From the IMG/VR virus record IMGVR_UViG_3300036940_000389: a stretch of DNA of 64,000 bases. The stretch is one strand, 5' to 3'. This stretch comes from a virus. A program made the position numbers and the translations under genes. Of the stretch, positions 7,492 to 15,910 are shown one piece after another; position 1 is the first letter of the stretch; the number at the start of each line of letters is the position of its first letter. The notes beneath the pieces are model-generated. The model was not told the DNA's origin and did no database searches. It saw nothing but the letters and a program-made list of their open reading frames with translations.

Positions 7492-7499
7492 GGTGCACC

Positions 7500-8270
7500 T
7501 CCTAGTGCAGTTATAAGTGGGAAACCAACTCCATTCTGCCGGGAATGGCTTGGGATCATGGTGTCTGGAGACGGCTTCCTAGCCGTAGTTCCGATTGACC
7601 ACAATCCCACTCCATCCCAGATATGGAGCGCGGTATACGCCACGGGTCCTGGCCTGCTATGTGCTTCCCTGATATTAGGATCATGGCTGCATAGCCTTTG
7701 TGGCTCGCCGTCGGGGCGTATTCTAAGGTGAGGGCAGACGGGTTTTGATATGCGGGGCTTTATTCGGTTTAGATCCTGTCCTTAGGAGCTAGTCACCAAA
7801 GATCTTACACTAGGAATCCGCTGCCCCGTATATCTCATAACTACACGGGGACCTAGTGCTTCCCACCCTTCCTGGCGTAACATACGCCTACAGGGAGTGG
7901 GAAATGGGATCATGGCTCCAAACGGGACTAGGCAGCCTCCGCAGGGACTCGCCACCAATCTGGTGTCCCCCACCTAGCATAGACTTTGTTCCCACTTTGC
8001 GTGAGCCTATCGAGGCAGTTGTCCATGACCTGCCTCCGTCCGAGATATCTTAGCTCGGAACATATCCCCCTGCTCCCCCTTTTACCCCGGGATCATTGCA
8101 TGGGTTCCCCTTTCTGGGCTGCCTCCGATCAGTGGCTCCAGACGGTGCGTGGTCTATATGCTCACCGCTGTTGCCGTGCCGTTGGCTATGTCAAAGAGCG
8201 GGTTAACTGACCCCCTATGTTAAAGTTGAGCGCCTTGCGCTGGTAGCTGGTGTCGAGACACCACTACAAT
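7500..8270. other. GC-rich, hairpin-dense non-coding region between divergent units (candidate large ncRNA, origin or genome-end element)
   Basis: stems at 7552-7608, 7677-7777, 7808-7858, 7860-7902, 7905-7994, 8012-8036, 8039-8059, 8248-8263; GGGATCATGG-like motif x4; 57-63% GC in two sampled lines. Confidence 0.6.
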
Positions 8271-8344
8271 CGAATGCTATTTTTCAAAGTAAAGAGATTA
8301 AGTAACACGTCTTCTAATACTCATATACACGTCTACACGTTCAA

Positions 8345-8381
8345 TACACACTCACTACACACTCACTACACACTCACTACA
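8345..8381. repeat. 11-bp tandem repeat TACACACTCAC x3.4
   Basis: copies at 8345, 8356, 8367 plus TACA. Confidence 0.95.
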
Positions 8382-8410
8382 TTTGAATCTCTTCTGGAAG
8401 TGTGATATTT

Positions 8411-8435
8411 ATTGTATTATATTGTATTGTATTGT
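8411..8435. repeat. 5-bp tandem repeat ATTGT x5 (one ATTAT variant)
   Basis: read directly. Confidence 0.9.
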
Positions 8436-8437
8436 TT

Positions 8438-8467
8438 GGATACATAAGGATACATAAGGATACATAA
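8438..8467. repeat. 10-bp tandem repeat GGATACATAA x3
   Basis: copies at 8438, 8448, 8458. Confidence 0.95.
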
Positions 8468-8489
8468 GACACACAAAGGAGAAAATATA

Positions 8490-9377
8490 ATGCCAAGAAC
8501 AGGTCAAGGAAATGCAATTCCTCATGGGGTACAGAATAAGCTTGGAGATGTAAGGCTAGAGAAAGGGAGATGGGGAAATGATAAAGAGAATAGCATTTAT
8601 ATACTAGCGTGGGATTTCGCTGAGGATTGCACAGGAATTAAATGCCCGCTGTATGAGAAGTGCGAGTACATGCAGATACAGAAGAGTGTTCCTTGCGAAA
8701 GGACAAGCAAGTGTGCGCTTCAGCAGAAGTACCTCAAGAGTGTAATGAAGGCTGTTGTTGAGAAGATGAAAAAGAACAAGGCTACTGAGGAGACTGTGAT
8801 AAAGTTAGGATATCATTTGATTCCTCTGTATGCTCAGTTGTTCAAGTTCAAGATGTGGGAAACGTACAATAAGGAGATTATAATTTATTCTCAGGGGAGT
8901 CCTAAAGTGCATCCTGTGTACAAGGAGATGAGAGAGATTATAAAAACGCTCACGAGTGTTTGGAAAGATATTGGAAGTGTGTTTAAGGAGAAGGCTGATC
9001 CAGGAAAAGTAGGAGATGGGGCTTTTATAGACGCTATGTACGGAGTGGTTGATGAGGAGTCAGAAGAGGATCCAAAAGGATCAGGAATTGATTTCGAGTC
9101 AGAGGATGATGAGGAAGAATCAGAAGAGGGAACAGGATTAGATGAGTTAGATCAGCCAGTGAAGAAAAAGAAAGCACGAGGAAAGCAAAAAAATTATCAT
9201 AAGAAGAAAAGGAAGCCTAGATCCAAAGCAAAAATTGATGTTCCAGGATATAATTCAAGAGCGCATAGGAATGAGGTCAGGAAAGGGGAGAAAGCAGAGC
9301 CGATAAGAGTCTCAGAGAAAGTAGCTGAGAAGAAAAGGAAGCGCAAGGAAAAGCAAAAGGAGAGCGGGGAAAACTAG
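8490..9377 (+). CDS. terminase small subunit (putative) with acidic and basic C-terminal tails
   Basis: first gene of the packaging operon; KVHPVYKEMREII resembles the P27-type TerS motif; AAAGGAGA SD. Confidence 0.6.
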   Translation: MPRTGQGNAIPHGVQNKLGDVRLEKGRWGNDKENSIYILAWDFAEDCTGIKCPLYEKCEYMQIQKSVPCERTSKCALQQKYLKSVMKAVVEKMKKNKATEETVIKLGYHLIPLYAQLFKFKMWETYNKEIIIYSQGSPKVHPVYKEMREIIKTLTSVWKDIGSVFKEKADPGKVGDGAFIDAMYGVVDEESEEDPKGSGIDFESEDDEEESEEGTGLDELDQPVKKKKARGKQKNYHKKKRKPRSKAKIDVPGYNSRAHRNEVRKGEKAEPIRVSEKVAEKKRKRKEKQKESGEN

Positions 9378-9387
9378 GAGAGTACAA

Positions 9388-9561
9388 ATGACTAGAGAAG
9401 AGAATATTGAAAGAAAGAAAAACAAAGAGCTTGGGTATTATGATAATGGTGATGAAGAGTTCCAGGTTCTGTGTTCACTTCCGACAGATAACAATAATCC
9501 AGAATACGAAGAGATGTGGGATTCTATCTGGGATTCGTTAGCTGAGATGAACGGAGGATGA
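9388..9561 (+). CDS. small acidic protein (57 aa, not in ORF track)
   Basis: MTREENIERKKNKELGYY...LAEMNGG*, AGGAGA SD. Confidence 0.6.
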   Translation: MTREENIERKKNKELGYYDNGDEEFQVLCSLPTDNNNPEYEEMWDSIWDSLAEMNGG

Positions 9562-9563
9562 CA

Positions 9564-10118
9564 ATGGACGTAGATCAATGGATAGCACAGAATACGTTTT
9601 ACTGTCCTACTCTTGTCTCCAGAATTACTACTGCTCAGTGTAAAATCAATAGAAATAACGCAAAAACAAATGGGACACATGATAAGAGTGTTCATCCCTG
9701 TGTTAAATGCGATGATAATAATCTCTATGAGAAATACCAAAAGGAAATGTTTATGAAGGATTCTGCTCCAATTGATGGATTAGAAAATTGTGATGTGTAC
9801 AATCCTCTCAAGAATAAGTGTTTTGTGAGTATTTTTATGAATCTTACAGCATGTATCTCAAGCAATCTCAAACGACAGTTTCAGGTTTCTTATAATTATG
9901 TAGTTCCTGGATATGATAAGGATAATCACACTTTGAAAATAAAATTGTTCAATGAGAAGATCCCAGGATCTCAGAAATTGTTTCATAATCGGGGCAGTTT
10001 CAATATCAGCGGAGCACTACACTATTGGGGATTAGCTGAGGAATTAAAAGGAAAGCGATTCAGAGCAGAGTATGCTGGTAATAGTGTAGTTCTAGTTCAT
10101 TTGTCGAATGAGTTGTAA
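9564..10118 (+). CDS. hypothetical protein with N-terminal Cys cluster
   Basis: FYCP..QC..HPCVKC; GGAGG SD. Confidence 0.7.
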   Translation: MDVDQWIAQNTFYCPTLVSRITTAQCKINRNNAKTNGTHDKSVHPCVKCDDNNLYEKYQKEMFMKDSAPIDGLENCDVYNPLKNKCFVSIFMNLTACISSNLKRQFQVSYNYVVPGYDKDNHTLKIKLFNEKIPGSQKLFHNRGSFNISGALHYWGLAEELKGKRFRAEYAGNSVVLVHLSNEL

Positions 10119-10137
10119 AAGAAATTGAGGAGATAGC

Positions 10138-12015
10138 ATGGCAATAGAGAGAATGGATCCTAAAAAGATTCCTGAATATCAAAATGGTGCTGAGGGATTT
10201 ATAAAATTCGTTGAAGAGAATGTGCGTTTTAGTGTTCCTCAAAAGAATTCTCCAGTTCCAAAATGGCTTTATCCAACACAATTATCAGATGTTCCAGATC
10301 CCACAACAGGAAAGTCATTCAGGGGAATGTGGGAAGAGCAGAAGAAGGTGCTGAGAGAAGCACTAGAAATGAGAAACGGACAGTTTGTTTATAGATTGAT
10401 TGCTTTTTGCTGGCCACGTGGAGAAGGAAAATCATTGATTGTGTGTCTTATTCAGATATGGAAGTTTTTTTGTTTTCCTCGTCAGCAAATTGTGTTCGGT
10501 GCTCTTTCAAAAGATCAAACACGTTTTGTGCATTATGAAATGATTCAATCAGTGATACTGAATAGCCCAAAACTCGTGAACGTCATTGGGAAAGCAAATG
10601 TGCAGAGAGCATGGACTGTTCTCAAGAATTCAAGGGGAGAAACAATATCTTCGTTTCAGCCAATATCAAGCTATTCAGGAATCGTTTCAAATATCACTGG
10701 ATATACGTTTTCTGAAATGTTTGATATGAAAGATCCTAAGTTTTTTGTGCAACTTGATGGTTCTATACGAAATATTATAAATGCTCTTGGAACAATAGAC
10801 AGCACAGTATCAACTAAGGATCATGTGCTCTATCGTTTATATAGAGGATACATAAATGGAGAAGACAGACTGACGTTTTTTCATCATAGAAGTGCTCCAA
10901 ATGCTACTCCTGATGAATACTGGCATCCTTATATGAACAAGGAGCAGTTGGATTCTTACAGAAGGAAGTTCCCTCCAGCAGATTTTGATCGATATTTTAG
11001 AAATGTTTGGGAACTTGAGAGTGGAAAACTATTCTCAGAGCCTGCTGCGAAGTCAATATTTTACTACGGATTCAAAAATAATAACGATATTACAAAAATA
11101 GATGATGGAACTGTAGTGAAAATACTAAATCAGGTGCAAGAAAATGAGATAAAAATAGAAAAAAGAGATGGGAGAAAGAACAAAAAGAAAAGAAAAAGAA
11201 TACAAAAAAATACTGTTGAGAACTTGAGAGAGCAAAATATCAAGATGAAAGAAAAGCTTATCCATATGGATAATGTTTACAAACTGCATAAAAACAACAT
11301 GCCCAGATTAGCTTCCAATAAAGACCTCAGGAAATTGACTGAATTATATGATACGAATTGGTCTGTTCATGCGGGAATAGACAGATCGGATCCTCTTGCT
11401 AAGAACCCACTTGCAAGAACAATAGTGACTATTGTAGCCAAGGGTTTGACAGGTAGTAGGAGTAAATATAAGATTAAAGAAGATGTTCCTTCTTACATTT
11501 ATATACTATTGCATTTATCTTGGATACAAGATGCAACACTTGAAGGTATAAAAAATGAACTGAGTGAGGCTGTTGTAGAATATGATGGAATAGATACTCT
11601 CTGTTCAGAGAGATGGGGAACGTGGGATTTAGCTCCATGGTGTGAAGATCACGATGTTCATTTTGAGCCTGTGTTTCCTTCTTTCGAGAAACAGAAGAAA
11701 GCCTTTTCAGAAATGTACATTGTTATTCAAGACGGAAGATTCAAATCTTCTGATATAATTATTCCGGGATCAATTTCTGAGAATATTCTTTCTGAAGAAT
11801 TGCAAATGTTCGATTACGATCCCCAAAGAAAATGGTACGGAAGTCCACAAAAGAATGATGTTGGGGGAATACAGGACGACTCGATTTTTTCACTTGGATG
11901 GTGTATCTATGGAGGAAGGGAGTTCGGAGTAGAGCAGTTCAGAGAAAGAATAGGTAACAATGATTTTGGATCATTTGTTCCCAATAAAAACAATTTTGCT
12001 AGATACGATTTATAA
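10138..12015 (+). CDS. terL: terminase large subunit
   Basis: Walker A-like WPRGEGKS, motif DPADFDRYFRNVW, nuclease acidic residues (AGIDRS, QDDSIFS), position before portal. Confidence 0.9.
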   Translation: MAIERMDPKKIPEYQNGAEGFIKFVEENVRFSVPQKNSPVPKWLYPTQLSDVPDPTTGKSFRGMWEEQKKVLREALEMRNGQFVYRLIAFCWPRGEGKSLIVCLIQIWKFFCFPRQQIVFGALSKDQTRFVHYEMIQSVILNSPKLVNVIGKANVQRAWTVLKNSRGETISSFQPISSYSGIVSNITGYTFSEMFDMKDPKFFVQLDGSIRNIINALGTIDSTVSTKDHVLYRLYRGYINGEDRLTFFHHRSAPNATPDEYWHPYMNKEQLDSYRRKFPPADFDRYFRNVWELESGKLFSEPAAKSIFYYGFKNNNDITKIDDGTVVKILNQVQENEIKIEKRDGRKNKKKRKRIQKNTVENLREQNIKMKEKLIHMDNVYKLHKNNMPRLASNKDLRKLTELYDTNWSVHAGIDRSDPLAKNPLARTIVTIVAKGLTGSRSKYKIKEDVPSYIYILLHLSWIQDATLEGIKNELSEAVVEYDGIDTLCSERWGTWDLAPWCEDHDVHFEPVFPSFEKQKKAFSEMYIVIQDGRFKSSDIIIPGSISENILSEELQMFDYDPQRKWYGSPQKNDVGGIQDDSIFSLGWCIYGGREFGVEQFRERIGNNDFGSFVPNKNNFARYDL

Positions 12016-12027
12016 GAGGAAAAGCGT

Positions 12028-13671
12028 ATGTCTGAAGAAAATTTAGAGTTCCAACCACTCGCAATTGCAAATGAAGAGGCAGCATCTTATCTGAATAGCC
12101 TGTCAGACGAAATGCTTTCCGCTTTTTCGTTTCCTCTTTTTAGTTCGAGTTCATCTATTGAGAGATCAAATGCTGCTGTTGATGCTGATGGCTTTCCAAA
12201 TGTGAATCAGAACTATTTATGGGATTTGCACAAACTGCAAGAGCAGTGTTGGAACAAAGCTGAAAGAAATCCCTGGATCAATTCCCATGTTCGAGATACC
12301 ATGGGAAGAATGGCAGGATGGGGATTTGAGTTCTATTCAAAAATTCCTGACTTGCAGAAAGCAATTGATGAGATTGTTGATGATCCCAGAAATGATATCT
12401 ATCAAAACATGCCGAAATTTTGTGCAAGAACTGAGATTGAGGGAGAACTTTTTCTCATGTTCACTTTGCATAAGAATGGTTTTGTTGAGGTAGATTTTAT
12501 GTCTCCTTCTATGATTAGAGAAGGAGGAGATGATGGTTCTGGAATTATTTTTCATCCTACCAAACAAAATTTCCCTCTATTTTACTTCGTCAATTTTCCA
12601 AAAGCACAAAATGCTAATGGTACTGAGCAGGCATTAATACCGTCTATTAATATTTGTTACTTTCCTGATTTGGAGAAAGAAGTAAAAGATCACTCCTCTT
12701 TCGATTCAAAAAAATTGAAATACGCAAAAGCACGAAAACCAAATAGTGCTCCGTATGATAAGACAAATGGTTATTTTCGTTTTATTGTGCATTGGAATAA
12801 AGGTTTTATAACGAAAAGAAACGTCAGTCATATCAAGACAACAATCGAATGGGTGAATTATTATGAGTCTTTGAAGAAGTACGAAATTGATCATAAAAAA
12901 TCCAGCGGTGCTTACTTGTGGGTCATTGAAATGGAAGACGTTAGATCCTTTCGAAGATGGCTGCAAATGAGCGAAGAGGATCGAAGACAAACGGGAATTA
13001 TGCAGCCAAAAGATCCTGGAGGCACACTTGTCCTTCCCCCAGGTATGAAACTCACTGTGCAGAATCCTAAACTTTCTTCAATATCTGATGAAGACACAGA
13101 TATTATGCAGATGGTGAGTTCTGGATTACAGAAACCACAGGATACAATGCTCGGGGACTATCGCAGTACATATGCGAGTGTGAAAACTTCACAAGGACCA
13201 CAGGGAGATAGAATCAATGATGAGCTTCATTATTTTAGACTTTTTTTGATGTACGATTTCTGGCGTCCTATTTGCTATTTGAGATCATTGGCAAGAGATG
13301 ATTTTAAATACAAGCGCAGAGTAAAAGAAACTGTTGATTTTGATGATAATAAAGAACCCATACTCGAAAATGTACAAAAACCAGTCTACAAATTGATAGA
13401 TATTTGTCTTCCAATGTCTCGTCTTGAGGACATTGAGTCTATTGCTAAGGCGCTGCTTGGTTCTAAACATGCTTCAGTTGTTGATACTCTTGGAATTCCA
13501 AGAGAGGTAGTTGCACGAAGACTTGGATTCACAAATTATGGTGCGCTTCGCAGAGCAAAAGCAACTGAGGATGAGAATTTTCCTGAAACACTCTCTGCTT
13601 TTGATCAGGAAAGTGTTCAAGAGAAAGCTGAAGGGGAGCCAAAAGGTAGCTCTAGTGACAAACAGGAGTAA
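12028..13671 (+). CDS. portal protein
   Basis: 547 aa directly after TerL and before the protease; IEGELFLMF and LVLPPG segments typical of portals. Confidence 0.8.
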   Translation: MSEENLEFQPLAIANEEAASYLNSLSDEMLSAFSFPLFSSSSSIERSNAAVDADGFPNVNQNYLWDLHKLQEQCWNKAERNPWINSHVRDTMGRMAGWGFEFYSKIPDLQKAIDEIVDDPRNDIYQNMPKFCARTEIEGELFLMFTLHKNGFVEVDFMSPSMIREGGDDGSGIIFHPTKQNFPLFYFVNFPKAQNANGTEQALIPSINICYFPDLEKEVKDHSSFDSKKLKYAKARKPNSAPYDKTNGYFRFIVHWNKGFITKRNVSHIKTTIEWVNYYESLKKYEIDHKKSSGAYLWVIEMEDVRSFRRWLQMSEEDRRQTGIMQPKDPGGTLVLPPGMKLTVQNPKLSSISDEDTDIMQMVSSGLQKPQDTMLGDYRSTYASVKTSQGPQGDRINDELHYFRLFLMYDFWRPICYLRSLARDDFKYKRRVKETVDFDDNKEPILENVQKPVYKLIDICLPMSRLEDIESIAKALLGSKHASVVDTLGIPREVVARRLGFTNYGALRRAKATEDENFPETLSAFDQESVQEKAEGEPKGSSSDKQE

Positions 13672-13733
13672 ATTTTGCATAAATTTGCAATGTTTTGTCA
13701 TTGCTGTTAAATTTAAATTTATGGAGCTTGTTT

Positions 13734-15098
13734 ATGCCATGGTCCAGCAAAGATGCACATAAGTACAAAAAGGGCTTAACTGAAAAACAAGCTAAGAAAT
13801 GGGCGGAAATTGCTAATTCAGTATATAAACAATGTCGAAAAGACAATGGCAAAGATTGTGCAGCCAAGGCTGTACGTGTCGCAAACTCTAAAGTTGGTGA
13901 AAGCAAAAATCATGGAGGTGAAAATGTGAGTACAACAACTAAAAAAATTCCAAAAAAAGGAATGTACTTCACTGAGGATGTTGATATCAAGCTCTCTGGA
14001 GGTGAAGAAGGGGAAGAACTTGCATTTTCCATGAATGCATATAGTGGCAAGATTCTCAAAGGCCATTGGCTTTGGGGTGATCTTGCTATTGATGTTCAGG
14101 GAGTGCAATTTGATAAGAAGCGCATTCCTATTTTGGAACAGCATGATCTTGACAGAAAAATAGGCGTGTCGAATTCGAAACCAAAAACCGATGACAATAC
14201 CATTTTATTTGAAAGCATTAAACTTTTGAGCAACGATACTGCACAAGAGTTTAAAAAGAATCTCGATGATGGATTTCCATATCAAGCATCAGTTGGTCTT
14301 CGCCCTCTGTTGCTTGAGGAAGTTGCTGAAGGAGAAACTGCTGAAGTAAATGGTTTGAAAATGAAGGGGCCTGGAACGATTTTCAGAAAGTCCAAATTCA
14401 AAGAAGCTTCTGTTTGTGTTTTTGGATTTGATGAAAATACTGGGGTATCTTCATTAAGTGATGCCGAAGAAGAGGTTGAGGTTGATGTTATTTTGAGTGA
14501 CGATTCAAACAATGATAATCAGGAGGTAGAGGATATGACACTTGAACAACTCAAGGAGCAGCATCCTAATCTTTATAAAGAGATTATGGATAAGTTCACT
14601 GAAAAGGACAACAAGATTACTGAGCTTTCGGGTCAGATCACGACTTTGACAAAAGAACGTGATGATCTGAAGGGTGAAACTCAGAATCTTTCCGATTCTG
14701 TGAAGCAGTATGAGGATCGTGTCAAGAATCTTGAAAAGGCAGAGTCTTTGCGTCAGGCAAAGGAACTGAAGATGCAAGCAGATCAGATTGTGAACAACAA
14801 GCTTGCTGAACACAAGATTCCTGCTCGTTTGCACGACAAAATCCGCAAGCACATTGATCATAATGAGTTCGTGGATGAAAACAGTGCATTCGATACAGAG
14901 AAGTTCACTGAGCAAGCTGAAGCTGAGATCAAAGAGTGGTCCGAGACTTTGAGTGAAGTTTCGAATAGCAATCAGACTGTTCTTGGATTCGGTGGTGGTG
15001 ATCGCAAGTCCCAGAATCAGGAACTTGATGAAGAATCCACTCGTGTCGCAAATGAACTGCTGGCGTTTGTTGGTGTGAAAGAAGGCAAAGAAGAGTAA
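13734..15098 (+). CDS. prohead protease-scaffold fusion with ChaB-like N-terminus
   Basis: N-terminal MPWSSKDAHKY..WAEIANSV; protease-like ILEQHD..IG, QASVG, EASVC; coiled-coil C-terminus. Confidence 0.8.
   Translation: MPWSSKDAHKYKKGLTEKQAKKWAEIANSVYKQCRKDNGKDCAAKAVRVANSKVGESKNHGGENVSTTTKKIPKKGMYFTEDVDIKLSGGEEGEELAFSMNAYSGKILKGHWLWGDLAIDVQGVQFDKKRIPILEQHDLDRKIGVSNSKPKTDDNTILFESIKLLSNDTAQEFKKNLDDGFPYQASVGLRPLLLEEVAEGETAEVNGLKMKGPGTIFRKSKFKEASVCVFGFDENTGVSSLSDAEEEVEVDVILSDDSNNDNQEVEDMTLEQLKEQHPNLYKEIMDKFTEKDNKITELSGQITTLTKERDDLKGETQNLSDSVKQYEDRVKNLEKAESLRQAKELKMQADQIVNNKLAEHKIPARLHDKIRKHIDHNEFVDENSAFDTEKFTEQAEAEIKEWSETLSEVSNSNQTVLGFGGGDRKSQNQELDEESTRVANELLAFVGVKEGKEE
14535..15098 (+). CDS. 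nested in-frame scaffolding protein (187 aa)
   Basis: AGGAGGTAGAGGAT-ATG in frame at the start of the coiled coil (MTLEQLKEQHPNLY). Confidence 0.6.
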   Translation: MTLEQLKEQHPNLYKEIMDKFTEKDNKITELSGQITTLTKERDDLKGETQNLSDSVKQYEDRVKNLEKAESLRQAKELKMQADQIVNNKLAEHKIPARLHDKIRKHIDHNEFVDENSAFDTEKFTEQAEAEIKEWSETLSEVSNSNQTVLGFGGGDRKSQNQELDEESTRVANELLAFVGVKEGKEE

Positions 15099-15139
15099 GT
15101 TTTATAACATGTTTTTAAATTGTTTTAGGAGGTACGAAT

Positions 15140-15880
15140 ATGGCAATTCCTGGCTATGATGTGAACAGGACTAAATATCCCGGACTCGGGCGTACAAGTG
15201 GCGGTTTGGGGGGAGCTACTCCTCAGCAGACTATCACTGGCTACACAGTTGATATACAGAAGCCATTGTACAAGAGTCCTCGTGAAGTGGCGTTGCTTTT
15301 GGACAAGACTATTCGTTCTGGATACGGAAGTCTGCCCAGAGGCACTATTTTGGCAAAGGACGAAAACACGGACAAATTAGTCCCATACGCTCCTGATACC
15401 ATTTCAACTGAAGACGTTGCTCGTGTCTTTTTGCTTGCCGATCTGAATGCGAGTGATAGTTTTGATGTTGATTTGCTGGAGTCTTACAAGGTAGCTTCCG
15501 GCGAGACCGTCATCTTCACTGATACTGATGATGCTTATGAGGAAGCTACTGTTAGTGATGTTGACCGCACTTCTTCCAATTACAAAGCTACCGTTACTCT
15601 TTCCAGTGCTGTGTCCGGTGAATTCAATACTGCCAAGGATGCAAACTGCTATCTGAAAGCTGAGGATGCTGATTCCGGAAAGCGCAGCAAGGCAAAATAC
15701 ATTCTTGATATGGATGTTGATACCGGTGCTGGTGAATACGCCAAGGGTGGTCTTGGTGCTGTGCTGCTTTCGAATGCTATTCTGTACAAGAATGCTATTC
15801 CGAACATTGACGATCAGGCAATAACTGATCTTGGCAATGTGAGTGAAGACGAAGGCGGAGCTTATTATATTGTGAAGTAA
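15140..15880 (+). CDS. head decoration protein (lambda gpD-like) with inserted beta domain
   Basis: LPRGTILAK..LVPY and ILxxDVD motifs; between protease and MCP; AGGAGG SD. Confidence 0.7.
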   Translation: MAIPGYDVNRTKYPGLGRTSGGLGGATPQQTITGYTVDIQKPLYKSPREVALLLDKTIRSGYGSLPRGTILAKDENTDKLVPYAPDTISTEDVARVFLLADLNASDSFDVDLLESYKVASGETVIFTDTDDAYEEATVSDVDRTSSNYKATVTLSSAVSGEFNTAKDANCYLKAEDADSGKRSKAKYILDMDVDTGAGEYAKGGLGAVLLSNAILYKNAIPNIDDQAITDLGNVSEDEGGAYYIVK

Positions 15881-15910
15881 CTGCGTATATATCGCTTAGG
15901 AGGTTTTGAT

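Noticed and set aside
7386-8210. ORF-track ORFs 7386-7643, 7782-7973, 7856-8053, 7986-8210
   Set aside because: No convincing SD, atypical composition, mutually overlapping on both strands; expected by chance in GC-rich DNA.
8345-8467. CRISPR or mini-CRISPR array
   Set aside because: Units are 5-11 bp and head-to-tail with no unique spacers; no cas genes. No repeat-spacer array was seen elsewhere in the window.
13663-13690. sigma54-type promoter (GG-N10-GC) or TTGCA palindrome before the protease gene
   Set aside because: The GG comes from the portal's last codons and the -24 box does not match TGGCAC; not clearly repeated at other late genes.
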